Source: a bacterium (GTDB lineage: Bacteria > Zhuqueibacterota > Zhuqueibacteria > Oceanimicrobiales > Oceanimicrobiaceae). From it: a DNA stretch of 64,000 bases. Below are positions 18,129 to 27,777 of the stretch, in pieces. The position numbers and the translations under genes are program-made. Location of the stretch: NCBI GenBank assembly GCA_037446635.1, contig JBBIIG010000004.1:18943-82942 (forward strand). The letters run 5' to 3'. The notes below the pieces were generated by a model that did not search any database, was not told where the DNA came from, and was given only the letters and a program-made list of their open reading frames with translations. Each line of letters starts with the position of its first letter. Position 1 is the stretch's first letter.

Positions 18129-18444
18129 TTTTAATCTCCGACAAATAATTTCTGAGATAATTTTCCCATGATAGTTTCAAATCCGAAAGGGCATAATTAA
18201 ATGCTTCATTGAAAGTAATAAAATACAAAGCTTGTTTACTTTGAGAACCATCGGGATGCAGTATATCTCGATGAGCAAAACTGTGCGCTGTATCATACCT
18301 GACGATTGGAATCCAAGTTTCATTAATTTCCGACTCATATTGAACGACAAAACTCAAGATTTGGCCGCTCTCTTTGAATGCTCTCACGCGAATGCGATGC
18401 CGCCCATCCGGAGTAAGATCGAACAAGAACGATAATTCATTCAC
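18121..18444 (-). CDS. Hypothetical small protein (107 aa) with an ..RIRVRAF..IVRYDTAHSFAHRDILHPDG.. motif (resembles a DUF/TA-associated family; name uncertain)
   Basis: Low-GC two-gene insert between accC and meaB. Confidence 0.5.
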   Translation of the reverse strand: MNELSFLFDLTPDGRHRIRVRAFKESGQILSFVVQYESEINETWIPIVRYDTAHSFAHRDILHPDGSQSKQALYFITFNEAFNYALSDLKLSWENYLRNYLSEIKND

Positions 18445-18470
18445 AAGTCTTTTTGATGTTGAAGTTGATG

Positions 18471-20003
18471 TTATTCAGAACGGGCGTACGCCTTTCTCCC
18501 CGCCGCCTTCCACTCACTGGTTCGATGATTCAACTCAGCGCCTCGCATTTTCGGCCGCTGATTTTTGAACTGAATTTCATACAGCGCCGCCGCCAGCGCC
18601 GCAATCTCTTTTTCATCACTTTCTGCTTCTAGCATTGCTTGCGGCTTGGATAAGAATTCTTTCTCAATAAAATGGGTATCGAAATCACCAGCCGCAAATT
18701 TGGGGTGGTTCATCACCAGCAGGCAAAATGGAATGGTGGTCTCGACGCCGTGGATTTGGTACTCCTCCAGCGCCCGTTTCATGCGCGCAATGGCTTCGCT
18801 GCGATTTCGTCCCCACACGATTAACTTCGCAATTAGCGGATCATAATAAACCGAAACCTCGGCGCCGGCGTAGTAGCCGTTGTCATCGCGCACGCCAAAG
18901 CCGCCGGGCGCGGACAGATGTTTGATTTTTCCAATCGAAGGCAGAAAATGGTTGGCGGGATCTTCGGCATAAATCCGGCACTCGAGGGCGTGGCCGTTGA
19001 ATCGAATTTCCTTTTGCTCGTAACCCAACGGCTCGCCGGCGGCAATGCGAATCTGTTCTTTCACGAGATCGATGCCGGTGATCATCTCGGTGACCGGATG
19101 CTCCACCTGCAGCCGGGTGTTCATCTCCAAAAAATAAAAATGGCGCTGTTGGTCCACCATGAACTCGATGGTGCCGGCGTTTTGATAGCCGCAGGCCTGC
19201 GCGGCTTTCACCGCGGCTTCGCCCATCTCGCGGCGCAGCTTGTCATCTAAAATGCACGAGGGCGATTCCTCGATTACTTTTTGATGGCGGCGCTGAATGG
19301 AACACTCGCGCTCGCCGAGGTGAACAACCTGGCCATGTTGATCCGCGAGAATCTGAAACTCAATATGCCGCGGCGCTTCGAGATATTTTTCAATGTAAAT
19401 GCGGCCGTCGCCAAACGCCGACTCCGCCTCCGAATGCGCCGCCCGCATCGCTGACGCCATTTCCCCTTCGGCTTTCACCACCCGCATCCCTTTGCCGCCG
19501 CCGCCCGCTGCCGCTTTCAACAACACCGGATAACCCAATTCTTTGGCGACCGAGATGGCTGATTTTTCATCCGTCAAAGCTTTGTCGGTGCCGGGAACAA
19601 TTGGAACATTCGCCGCCATCATGCGCTGCCGCGCCGCGGTTTTATCGCCCATGAGATTCATCGCTTCGGCCGGCGGCCCGATGAAAATTAGGCCGGCCTC
19701 TTTCACGCGGCGAGCAAACTCCGGATTCTCGGATAAAAATCCATAACCGGGATGAATGGCTTGCGCGCCCGATTCTTTGGCAGCGGCGATGATCTTCTGT
19801 TGATCAAGATAACTTTCACGGGAGGGGGCCGGACCAATCAAATAAGCTTCGTCGGCGAGACGGACGTGCAGCGCGAGATGATCCACTTCGGAATAAACCG
19901 CTACTGGGGAAATCCCCAGCTCACGGCAGGCGCGAATCACCCGCACCGCAATCTCGCCGCGATTGGCAATGAGAATTTTTTGAAACGGCTTGTTATTCAT
20001 CAC
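18471..20003 (-). CDS. accC: Biotin carboxylase (acetyl/propionyl-CoA carboxylase biotin carboxylase subunit) with a C-terminal extension and no BCCP domain
   Basis: ..KILIANRGEIAVRVIRACRELGI.., ATP-grasp motifs, ..MNTRLQVEHPVTE.. Confidence 0.85.
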   Translation of the reverse strand: MMNNKPFQKILIANRGEIAVRVIRACRELGISPVAVYSEVDHLALHVRLADEAYLIGPAPSRESYLDQQKIIAAAKESGAQAIHPGYGFLSENPEFARRVKEAGLIFIGPPAEAMNLMGDKTAARQRMMAANVPIVPGTDKALTDEKSAISVAKELGYPVLLKAAAGGGGKGMRVVKAEGEMASAMRAAHSEAESAFGDGRIYIEKYLEAPRHIEFQILADQHGQVVHLGERECSIQRRHQKVIEESPSCILDDKLRREMGEAAVKAAQACGYQNAGTIEFMVDQQRHFYFLEMNTRLQVEHPVTEMITGIDLVKEQIRIAAGEPLGYEQKEIRFNGHALECRIYAEDPANHFLPSIGKIKHLSAPGGFGVRDDNGYYAGAEVSVYYDPLIAKLIVWGRNRSEAIARMKRALEEYQIHGVETTIPFCLLVMNHPKFAAGDFDTHFIEKEFLSKPQAMLEAESDEKEIAALAAALYEIQFKNQRPKMRGAELNHRTSEWKAAGRKAYARSE

Positions 20004-20008
20004 GCCAA

Positions 20009-20347
20009 TTAAAAACTTTTCAGCGCTTCTTTTTCACTGGTGAATCCTTCCAACACGTCGTCCAGCTTGGCGATCTTGATCAGCGTACGGATTTTGGTGC
20101 TGAGGTGAACGAGTTTGAGCTTGCCCGAGTTGGATTTTAACTGCCGATGCCCAAAGAGCAGCGCGCCCAAACCGGAGCTGTCCACGTAATCAACCTTTTT
20201 CAGATCGATCAGAACCTTCTTGGTCTGTTTGTCCTCCAGCAAACCCAACAGGGCGGTCTTGAATTGCGGTGCAACCGTGCTATCCAATCTGGTTTCATCC
20301 ACACGCAAAATCAGTACGTCGCCAACTTTCTCTTGATTAATTTTCAT
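20009..20347 (-). CDS. STAS-domain anti-sigma-factor antagonist (SpoIIAA-like)
   Basis: 112 aa. ..VDYVDSSGLGALLFGHRQL.. with the phosphorylatable Ser context. Confidence 0.7.
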   Translation of the reverse strand: MKINQEKVGDVLILRVDETRLDSTVAPQFKTALLGLLEDKQTKKVLIDLKKVDYVDSSGLGALLFGHRQLKSNSGKLKLVHLSTKIRTLIKIAKLDDVLEGFTSEKEALKSF

Positions 20348-20369
20348 TAGTTACTCCATCAACCCTGTT

Positions 20370-20570
20370 TTATTCGAGAATAAAGGTTACCTGCATCGTC
20401 ACGCGGTATTCTGAAATTTCGCCATTTTCGATCTTAGCTTTTTGCGCGATGATTTCAGCCCCGGTGATGTTGCGCAGCGTGGAACTGGCGCGGTCGATGC
20501 CTTTTTGAAACGCATCCTGAAAACCTTTGGGCGACGACGCGGTGATCGTGGTTACTCTTGCAACTGCCAT
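20370..20570 (-). CDS. Dodecin-family flavin-binding protein
   Basis: 66 aa: ..ARVTTITASSPKGFQDAFQKGIDRASSTLRNITGAEIIAQKAKIENGEISEYRVTMQVTFILE, similar to the bacterial dodecin fold. Confidence 0.7.
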   Translation of the reverse strand: MAVARVTTITASSPKGFQDAFQKGIDRASSTLRNITGAEIIAQKAKIENGEISEYRVTMQVTFILE

Positions 20571-20611
20571 TTTAAATCCTCCTTTTATATGTTATATGTT
20601 TTGAATTAAAC

Positions 20612-22870
20612 TCAATTGAGTGCTTGAATTTCTATTTCAGCGTCAATGTAACGGCCATCATTTAGGTCCTGAACCTTGTTGCTGCTCGCGGCGCGGCGCA
20701 TCTCATCACTGACGACGCAGCGAATTTCATCATACGTAAAATCCTCCGGCAGCCGATCTTTGATAGGCTTGAGCGCCGCCGTTCCCACCTCACGAATCAC
20801 TTCGCGAATTTTCTGCATTTTTCCAACTGCTACAATTGCTGAAACCTGCACCAAATTTCGTCCAATCAGTTCGGCAAAATGGCCATACACGGTCGGCGCC
20901 GTCAACCCGCGGCGTGCGGCGATCTCCGGCGGCGACAAGCCCTGCCGAAACAGCGCGAGCGTTTGCTGCACCGTCAGCGGCATCTGCGAAATCTGCCGCA
21001 GCGGCGAACCGTACGGCGCCGGTGTGGGTGGCACGTTCAAATCCAACGGTATTGATTCTAAATTTTGCAAAGCCGCCGCACCTTTGGGGGTGAGATCGAG
21101 CACGGGGTAATCGGCACCCACCAGCGTGAGGTAGCGCATCTTCAAAAGCTGGTCGATGAAATCGCGGCACTGCGGCTGGGTGTATTGACTCAAGCGTCCG
21201 TAGGCTTTCGTTCGATTCCAACCGAACTCAAAAATTTCTTTCGCTTGCGAGCCGTTCAAAATTTCGATCAACCGCGACCGTCCCACTTCGCGTTTGAGGT
21301 GCTTCACCGCGTGTAAAATAATCAGCGCCACTTTTTCGGCTTCGCTGAAATCGCGGTCAGCATCACGCTGCGGCGGCGCCACGGCTTTTGCGGCCTCGTG
21401 CTCACGAGCAGCGAGACAATTATCGCAGCAGCGCTCGGCTTCGGCGCTGCCGGTGTCGCCGAAATGATCCAAAATGAAGCGCCGGCGGCAAAGATCGCCC
21501 TGGGCATAACCAATCATTTGCTCAAGCTGTTGATACTTGTATTCCAGCCGGCGCGCGATCTCCTGCAAAATGGGGACGAGGTTGGCCTGCTTGAGCGGCA
21601 GAATTTCGAAGTTCATGCTGTTGGCTTCGTCACCCAAATCCACCAGCGCCTGCGCTTTCACCAACTCGGCGAGGGCGACGCGCACTTTGGTTTCGTGCAG
21701 ACGCGCCGCCTTTTGCAGATAAACCGAGTTCGTTCTCACCCGGCCATCTTCGGCAATATTTTTGAGGAGGGCGTAAATCAGCTCCAATTCCTCGCGGGTG
21801 GGAAAACTATTTTTGATAAACCAGTATTGCAGGTCAATATCTTTCGGCGAGTACAGCAAAACCGCGCGCGCGGGCAGGCCATCGCGACCAGCGCGGCCGG
21901 CTTCCTGATAATAGGCCTCGAGGGTGCCGGGCAAATTATAATGAATGACGCTGCGAATGTCCGGCTTATCTACTCCCATGCCAAAGGCGTTGGTGGCGAC
22001 GATGACGGTGGTTTCATCTTTCATAAACGAATCTTGAATGCGGCTGCGCTCCGCGGCCTCAAGGCCGGCGTGGTAATGATCGGTTTTGACTTTGCTGGTG
22101 AGGCGGATAAACTCGGCCACTTCCTCGGCGCCGCGGCGGGTGGCCGTGTAAACAATCGCGCGGTGATTTTTATCCCCCAGGAGCTGTTTGAGCGCGTCTA
22201 ATTTGGAATCGTCATCCGGAGCGTACTCGACTTCAAACGCAAGATTGGGGCGATTGAAACCGGTGACGATGCGCTGGCAATTTTGCAGGCGCAATTGTTT
22301 GATGATATCGTCCTGCACTTTCAGTGTTGCGGTGGCGGTCAACGCGGCAACGGGCGGATGTTTCAGTTGCGCGATGACGTTTTTCAGAGTGAGATAATCC
22401 GGGCGAAAATCGTGGCCCCAGTGGGAGATGCAATGGGCTTCGTCCACCACAAACAGAGCGACGGCGACGCCATCAAGCGCGGACAGAAACGCCTGGCTGC
22501 GGAAACGTTCGGGCGCCACATACACCAGCCGCAATTTTCCGGCGCGCATGTCGCGAACCCGGCTCGACTGCTCCGAAGCCGAAAGCGAGCTGTTGATGAA
22601 GGTCGCGGCTTTGCCAATTTCGCGCAAAGCCTCGACCTGATCTTTCATCAAGGCGATCAGCGGCGAAACCACGATCGTGGTGCCGGATTGCAAAAGCGCC
22701 GGCAGTTGATAGCACAGCGACTTCCCCGCGCCGGTGGGCATCACCACCAGCAGGTTGCGCTTGTCGAGAATCGCGCGGATCGCCGCCTCCTGTCCGGGAC
22801 GGAAGCCGTCGAAGTGGAAGTGACGGCGAAGCTCGGTTTGCAGATTATTCATTGCTTCGATTTTCTTCAA
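20612..22870 (-). CDS. recQ: RecQ-family ATP-dependent DNA helicase with a C-terminal HTH-containing extension
   Basis: ..LLVVMPTGAGKSLCYQLPAL.., ..VVDEAHCISHWGHDFRPDY.., Zn-binding CxxC..C motifs. The start may be the internal ATG at 22852. Confidence 0.85.
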   Translation of the reverse strand: MKKIEAMNNLQTELRRHFHFDGFRPGQEAAIRAILDKRNLLVVMPTGAGKSLCYQLPALLQSGTTIVVSPLIALMKDQVEALREIGKAATFINSSLSASEQSSRVRDMRAGKLRLVYVAPERFRSQAFLSALDGVAVALFVVDEAHCISHWGHDFRPDYLTLKNVIAQLKHPPVAALTATATLKVQDDIIKQLRLQNCQRIVTGFNRPNLAFEVEYAPDDDSKLDALKQLLGDKNHRAIVYTATRRGAEEVAEFIRLTSKVKTDHYHAGLEAAERSRIQDSFMKDETTVIVATNAFGMGVDKPDIRSVIHYNLPGTLEAYYQEAGRAGRDGLPARAVLLYSPKDIDLQYWFIKNSFPTREELELIYALLKNIAEDGRVRTNSVYLQKAARLHETKVRVALAELVKAQALVDLGDEANSMNFEILPLKQANLVPILQEIARRLEYKYQQLEQMIGYAQGDLCRRRFILDHFGDTGSAEAERCCDNCLAAREHEAAKAVAPPQRDADRDFSEAEKVALIILHAVKHLKREVGRSRLIEILNGSQAKEIFEFGWNRTKAYGRLSQYTQPQCRDFIDQLLKMRYLTLVGADYPVLDLTPKGAAALQNLESIPLDLNVPPTPAPYGSPLRQISQMPLTVQQTLALFRQGLSPPEIAARRGLTAPTVYGHFAELIGRNLVQVSAIVAVGKMQKIREVIREVGTAALKPIKDRLPEDFTYDEIRCVVSDEMRRAASSNKVQDLNDGRYIDAEIEIQALN

Positions 22871-23264
22871 TCCATTTGTCGAGATAAGAAATCACTTCTT
22901 TGGCAAACTCATCGGCGTATTTCAGAACCAGTTCAGCATCTTCCTTGGTTTTGGAGATTTCAAAGTCATAGTCCGCTTCGTGCCGTTCTTCAAAGGCTTC
23001 TTTAATTTTCGCCGCCAATTCTTGGGGCAAAATACCGGTGTTCGCAAAATGCTCTCCAAATGCCGCTATCACCGCAGAGTGTTTTTGACGAGACAAATCT
23101 TTTGTGGCCAGAACCGCTTTTCCCAAGTAGAACATCGCATAATAAGCCCGTGAAATAGCCCCTTCGTAGAACCCTTGCTCAAATAGCAATTTGGCTTCAC
23201 CGAAACTTTTCTCTGATTTCCGCCGCAGCTTTTCAATAAATGTCAGTCGATTTTGAACGGTCAC
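22845..23264 (-). CDS. HEPN-domain protein (toxin-like partner of the adjacent nucleotidyltransferase)
   Basis: 139 aa, HEPN helical fold (..AISRAYYAMFYLGKAVL..). 4-nt overlap with the MNT gene. Low GC. Confidence 0.7.
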   Translation of the reverse strand: MTVQNRLTFIEKLRRKSEKSFGEAKLLFEQGFYEGAISRAYYAMFYLGKAVLATKDLSRQKHSAVIAAFGEHFANTGILPQELAAKIKEAFEERHEADYDFEISKTKEDAELVLKYADEFAKEVISYLDKWIEENRSNE

Positions 23265-23617
23265 AGCTCAATACCCTCTTTGCTGACATTTTCATAATAG
23301 TAAAAATACCGGTCTTCGGTAAAATTAGATAACTCGGCAGCAAAGGCAGTTATAACAACCGCATGCTTGTAGGAAATTTGGAATCCAATCTCGCGTAGTT
23401 TCTTCTTATCGCTGCTATGAAATGGCTCGAACAGCACCAAGAAATCATAATCCGATTCTTCGTCGGCATCGCCGCGGGCGCGGGAGCCATAAAGGATGAT
23501 GCGCTTCGCCCGCTCTTTGAACGTATCTCGCACCCGCGTTACGAATTCATCGATGATCTGCTGTTCTTTCGGATTCCATCTCTGCCCACTTTGAATTTTG
23601 ATATTTGCACTTTTCAT
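23261..23617 (-). CDS. Minimal nucleotidyltransferase (MNT) domain protein (antitoxin-like partner of HEPN)
   Basis: ..ILYGSRARGDADEESDYDFLVLF.. (GSxxRG..D.D motif). Confidence 0.75.
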   Translation of the reverse strand: MKSANIKIQSGQRWNPKEQQIIDEFVTRVRDTFKERAKRIILYGSRARGDADEESDYDFLVLFEPFHSSDKKKLREIGFQISYKHAVVITAFAAELSNFTEDRYFYYYENVSKEGIEL

Positions 23618-23622
23618 ATTGC

Positions 23623-23699
23623 ATGTCGGAGTGCCAAACTTCAGTTTGGCTTATTGAGCGTCAAGCTAATGTCAGGCTAAAGCTTGACACTCCGGACAT
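23623..23699. repeat. Structured palindromic element: outer stem ATGTCGGAGTG..CACTCCGGACAT enclosing two perfect 8-bp hairpins
   Basis: Inner hairpins GCCAAACTtcAGTTTGGC and GTCAAGCT..AGCTTGAC. The termini CGGAGTG..CACTCCGG match the element at 3649..3680. It lies between the pccB stop and the MNT start. Confidence 0.55.
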
Positions 23700-25276
23700 C
23701 ATAGCGGAATATTTCCGTGTTTCTTCTTGGGATTGGTATCCACCTTCGTGTCTAAAATTTCCAATGAGCGGATCAGCTTCGGGCGCGTTTCCTGCGGCTC
23801 AATGATCTCGTCCACGTAGCCGCGCTCCGCCGCTATGTAGGGATTGGCAAACTTCTCGCGATACTCGGCCACTTTCTGCTCCGTGGCTTTTTCCGGGTCC
23901 GCGGCGCGTTCGATCTCTTTTTTAAAAATGATCTCCACGGCTCCCTTCGGGCCCATCACCGCGATTTCCGCGGAGGGCCACGCGAAGTTGATGTCGCCGC
24001 GGATGTGTTTCGAACTCATGACGTCGTACGCGCCGCCGTAAGCCTTGCGAGTGATGACTGTAATTTTCGGGACTGTGGCCTCGCAGAACGCATACAGCAA
24101 TTTCGCGCCGTGTTTGATGATGCCGCGCCATTCCTGATCCGTGCCGGGCAAAAATCCCGGCACATCCACGAACGTGATGATGGGAATATTGAAGGCGTCG
24201 CAAAATCGCACAAAACGCGCGCCTTTGATGGAAGAATCGATGTCCAGCACGCCGGCCAGCACCGCCGGCTGATTCGCCACGATGCCCACCGAGCGGCCAT
24301 TGAGCCGCGCAAATCCCACCACTAAATTCTGGGCGTAGTTTTCGTGCACTTCAAAAAAATCGTGGTGATCGACCACGCGCGTGATGATTTCTTTGATGTC
24401 GTACGGTTTGTTGGGATTCTCCGGGACGATGGTCATCAACGCCTCGTCCATGCGGTTGACGTCGTCCGTACACTCCACGCGCGGGACGTCTTCTAAATTA
24501 TTTTGCGGGATGAAGCTCACCAGCCGGCGAATTCCCTGTAAACATTCCACTTCATTTTCCGAAATAAAATGCGCCACGCCACTTTTGCCGGCGTGCGTCA
24601 TCGCCCCGCCCAATTCTTCAAACGTCACTTCTTCATGGGTGACGGTCTTCACCACCTCGGGACCGGTAACAAACATGAAACTGGTATTTTTCACCATAAA
24701 AATAAAATCGGTGATCGCGGGCGAATAAACCGCGCCGCCGGCGCACGGCCCCATGATGGCGGAAATTTGCGGGACCACGCCGGATGCGAGGGTATTTCGC
24801 AAAAAAATCTCCGCATAGGCCCCGAGGCTCACCACGCCCTCTTGAATGCGCGCGCCGCCGGAGTCATTGAGTCCAATCACCGGGGCGCCCACCTTCATAG
24901 CCATATCCATGATTTTGCAAATCTTCTTGCCGTACGCTTCGGAAAGCGAGCCGCCCAGGACGGTAAAATCCTGCGAGAACACAAACACCAGTCGGCCGTC
25001 GATGGTGCCGTGGCCGGTCACCACGCCGTCGCCATAAAAGCGCTGTTTATCCAGTCCAAAATCGCGGTACTGGTGGCGCACCAGCATATCCACTTCCTGA
25101 AAGCTGCCCTCGTCCAGCAACAAGTCGAGGCGTTCGCGGGCGGTGAGTTTGCCCTTTTGGTGTTGTGCCTCGATGCGCTTTTGGCCGCCACCCAACTGGG
25201 CTTCGGCTTTCTGTTGGCGAAGATGTTCTATTTTTGGAGGTAATGCCATTTGTTTATTAGGCGCAGGCGCCCGCAC
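23699..25276 (-). CDS. pccB: Acyl-CoA carboxylase carboxyltransferase subunit (propionyl-CoA carboxylase beta / methylmalonyl-CoA carboxyltransferase)
   Basis: Two carboxyltransferase halves. ..[32 protein letters not shown].., ..[37 protein letters not shown].. Confidence 0.85.
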   Translation of the reverse strand: MRAPAPNKQMALPPKIEHLRQQKAEAQLGGGQKRIEAQHQKGKLTARERLDLLLDEGSFQEVDMLVRHQYRDFGLDKQRFYGDGVVTGHGTIDGRLVFVFSQDFTVLGGSLSEAYGKKICKIMDMAMKVGAPVIGLNDSGGARIQEGVVSLGAYAEIFLRNTLASGVVPQISAIMGPCAGGAVYSPAITDFIFMVKNTSFMFVTGPEVVKTVTHEEVTFEELGGAMTHAGKSGVAHFISENEVECLQGIRRLVSFIPQNNLEDVPRVECTDDVNRMDEALMTIVPENPNKPYDIKEIITRVVDHHDFFEVHENYAQNLVVGFARLNGRSVGIVANQPAVLAGVLDIDSSIKGARFVRFCDAFNIPIITFVDVPGFLPGTDQEWRGIIKHGAKLLYAFCEATVPKITVITRKAYGGAYDVMSSKHIRGDINFAWPSAEIAVMGPKGAVEIIFKKEIERAADPEKATEQKVAEYREKFANPYIAAERGYVDEIIEPQETRPKLIRSLEILDTKVDTNPKKKHGNIPL

Positions 25277-25421
25277 CGGTCGGTTTCAAAGTGCAAAATA
25301 ATAAACAAACCAAACTCAAAAAGCAATAGCTTTTTCAGAGCCGAACTTGTGCAGTGGAATATTTTTATTGAGTTTTTGGCAACTTTCTCTAACTTGTCAA
25401 CCTGACCCGGAGGAGATAAAG

Positions 25422-26681
25422 ATGAGATCTCATTTCGTACTGATAGCCGCACTCGCCGTGTTGCTCGCGCCCGAAACAACGCTAGCACAACCGGATGAGT
25501 TGGGTTTATGGCTCAGCCGGGCGCCGCTGCCTACGCCGCGACAGGAGATGCCCCAGGTGTTTTTGAACAACCGAATTTATATTCCCGGCGGGTTACTCCA
25601 AAACACGCTGGCGACCACCATTGTTGAAGTGTTCGAGCCTGCTGCCAATCGCTGGACAGCCGCCGCGAATTTGCCGGCGGCCATGCACCATCTCCATCTC
25701 ACCACGGCTAACCTGCGTCTTTATGTTTTGGGTGGATTTGAAGGATCGGGTTTCACGCCCTCCAATCTCGTGTTTGAATACAATCCTAGCAATAACGAGT
25801 GGACACAACTGGCCACCATGCCGACGCCCCGCGGCGCCGGCGTCGCCGCGGCACTGGATGGCAAAATTTTTGTGATTGGCGGAGTCAGTTCATTTCAATT
25901 AGCCGTCGGAACGAATGAAATGTTCGATCCGGTTGCCAACACATGGAACTCGCGTCGTGCCATGCCGACCCGGCGCGAACATCTCGCCGCCGCGGTGATC
26001 GATTCTCTCATTTATGTCGTCGGCGGCCGGGAATTCGGAGTGAACAAAAATACCTTAGAGGCTTATTCGCCCCGAAGCGATACCTGGTACACGCTGGCAC
26101 CGATGCCCACCGCGCGCGGCGGACTGGCGGCAGCCGCGCTGCACGGAAGGCTTTACGTCTTCGGCGGCGAGTTTTTTGATTCCGGCGGCTCCGGTGTCTT
26201 TGCAGAAGTAGAAGAATATAATCCCGTCACCAATACTTGGCGAGAATTGACTCCCATGCCGGTTCCGCGCCACGGCATGGGCGCCGCTGCCGTAGGCGAT
26301 TCGATCTTTGTCATCGGCGGCGGACCAGTTGCGGGCTTCGGAGTTTCCAATGTCAACTCCCTGTTTGTGCCGCCGGCCATTCCCAGCGCTGTGATTGACG
26401 CGCCGCAACGACCGGAACCGTTCATACTTCTGCAAAATTATCCCAACCCGTTTAATCCGGCAACCACCATCCGCATTACACTCGCCCATGAAAGCGAAGT
26501 GGTACTTAACATTTTTGACGTTACCGGACGCGTCGTGACCACCCTGCTCTCGCAAAAAATGCCAAAAGGGGAGCACTCCGTTGAGTGGAATGCACACCCG
26601 CAAGCGAGCGGCGTGTACGTGGGCACGCTTTGGGCAGGCAGCCGGCTCATCGCCACCAGAAAAATGCTGCTGTTGCGATGA
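25422..26681 (+). CDS. Secreted Kelch-repeat beta-propeller protein with T9SS C-terminal sorting domain
   Basis: Signal peptide MRSHFVLIAALAVLLAPETTLA. Six kelch-like blades (..LYVLGG.., ..IFVIGG.., ..IYVVGG.., ..LYVFGG..). C-terminus ..LLQNYPNPFNPATTIRITL..GVYVGTL.. SD is GGAGGAG. Confidence 0.82.
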   Translation: MRSHFVLIAALAVLLAPETTLAQPDELGLWLSRAPLPTPRQEMPQVFLNNRIYIPGGLLQNTLATTIVEVFEPAANRWTAAANLPAAMHHLHLTTANLRLYVLGGFEGSGFTPSNLVFEYNPSNNEWTQLATMPTPRGAGVAAALDGKIFVIGGVSSFQLAVGTNEMFDPVANTWNSRRAMPTRREHLAAAVIDSLIYVVGGREFGVNKNTLEAYSPRSDTWYTLAPMPTARGGLAAAALHGRLYVFGGEFFDSGGSGVFAEVEEYNPVTNTWRELTPMPVPRHGMGAAAVGDSIFVIGGGPVAGFGVSNVNSLFVPPAIPSAVIDAPQRPEPFILLQNYPNPFNPATTIRITLAHESEVVLNIFDVTGRVVTTLLSQKMPKGEHSVEWNAHPQASGVYVGTLWAGSRLIATRKMLLLR

Positions 26682-26712
26682 ACCGCTGCCAGGTTTTCGC
26701 TTTAGAAAAATC

Positions 26713-26741
26713 TTGCCTTTCAAACCCAATCGAGCTATAAT
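26713..26741 (+). promoter_or_regulatory. Sigma70-like promoter TTGCCT-17-TATAAT upstream of the DUF4383 operon
   Basis: Hexamers and 17-nt spacer read directly, about 70 nt upstream of the 26814 ATG. Confidence 0.4.
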
Positions 26742-26813
26742 TACAGCCGATAGACGCTTTGTTAACCTTACCCGGGGGATCAAATCAATTTTGTCTCAAG
26801 GGAGGAATAAAAC

Positions 26814-27173
26814 ATGGCCAAGCAATTCACGCAAATCGTGGGGGTAGCACTCCTTGTTGTGGGTATTCTTGGTTTTCTCATGCCGGGTATCGGTTCACTG
26901 TTAACCTTTCACGCCCATCATAATCTCATTCACATCGTTTCCGGCGCAGTTCTGGCCTATCTTGGCTTCAAGGGCTCGGCCAACAGTCAGCGCCTGGGGG
27001 CACAAGTGTTTGGTGTCGTCTATGGTTTAGTCACCTTGTGGGGATTTATGGGTAATCAAAACTTAGGGCCGCTTACCTTGCATCTCAATATGACTTACAA
27101 TCTCATCCACCTCGTAATAACTGCGTGGGGATTGTGGGCTGGTTTCGGAAAAAAACCGGCAGCGGCCAGTTAA
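26814..27173 (+). CDS. Small membrane protein (DUF4383-like; repeated H-rich TM hairpins)
   Basis: 119 aa, 4 predicted TM helices, LLVVGILGFLMPGIGSLLTFHAHHNLIHIVSGA. SD is GGGAGGA. Confidence 0.65.
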   Translation: MAKQFTQIVGVALLVVGILGFLMPGIGSLLTFHAHHNLIHIVSGAVLAYLGFKGSANSQRLGAQVFGVVYGLVTLWGFMGNQNLGPLTLHLNMTYNLIHLVITAWGLWAGFGKKPAAAS

Positions 27174-27390
27174 CGATTTCCAAAGAAATAAACCACGCGC
27201 TCCCCGGGTGAGGGCAGTCGCCAGGCGTCTACCGCCGGTCCCGTATAGTCGGGATCGGCGTTTTGTTTTCGGATGGCTACAAGCCAGTTCTGCAAGTTTG
27301 TGCTTGCTATTTTTTCTTCATTCGTTTAATTTCGACCGAACTTTCCATAAATCATTCTTCCGCATCATTATTAAAGCGAGGTTTGATCGC

Positions 27391-27777
27391 ATGTCAGAAT
27401 CAAGTGAACTTCAGGCGCGCAACTGGGGCATCTTCTGTCATTTGTCCGCATTGGCCTTATGGGTGGGCGTGCCATTTGGCAATATCGTAATTCCACTTTT
27501 GATTTGGTTGATCAAAAAAGATGAAATGCCACTAGTTAATGCCGAGGGCAAAGAATCGCTTAATTTTCAAATTTCGATATCGATTTATGCACTCATCATC
27601 AGTATCGTAGGGATAGCGACCATTTTCATCGAGTATGAAAGTGAATTTCTGTGGCCTTTCGCCTTGTTGCTGTTTGTGCTCGCACTTTCACAAATCGTGC
27701 TCGTCATCATTGCCGCCGTCAAAGTAAGCCGCGGCACGCCATTCAAATACCCGCTGACGATGCGCTTCATTAAATGA
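27391..27777 (+). CDS. Small membrane protein (DUF4870-like)
   Basis: ..NWGIFCHLSALALWVGVPFGNIVIPLLIWLIKKDEMPLVNAEGKESLNFQ.. The start at the ATG 27391 with SD GAGG is preferred over the 27208 extension. Confidence 0.6.
   Translation: MSESSELQARNWGIFCHLSALALWVGVPFGNIVIPLLIWLIKKDEMPLVNAEGKESLNFQISISIYALIISIVGIATIFIEYESEFLWPFALLLFVLALSQIVLVIIAAVKVSRGTPFKYPLTMRFIK

Noticed and set aside
21398-22201. 267-aa plus-strand ORF antisense to recQ, and the 22283..23005 ORF
   Set aside because: The RecQ helicase motifs are unambiguous on the minus strand.
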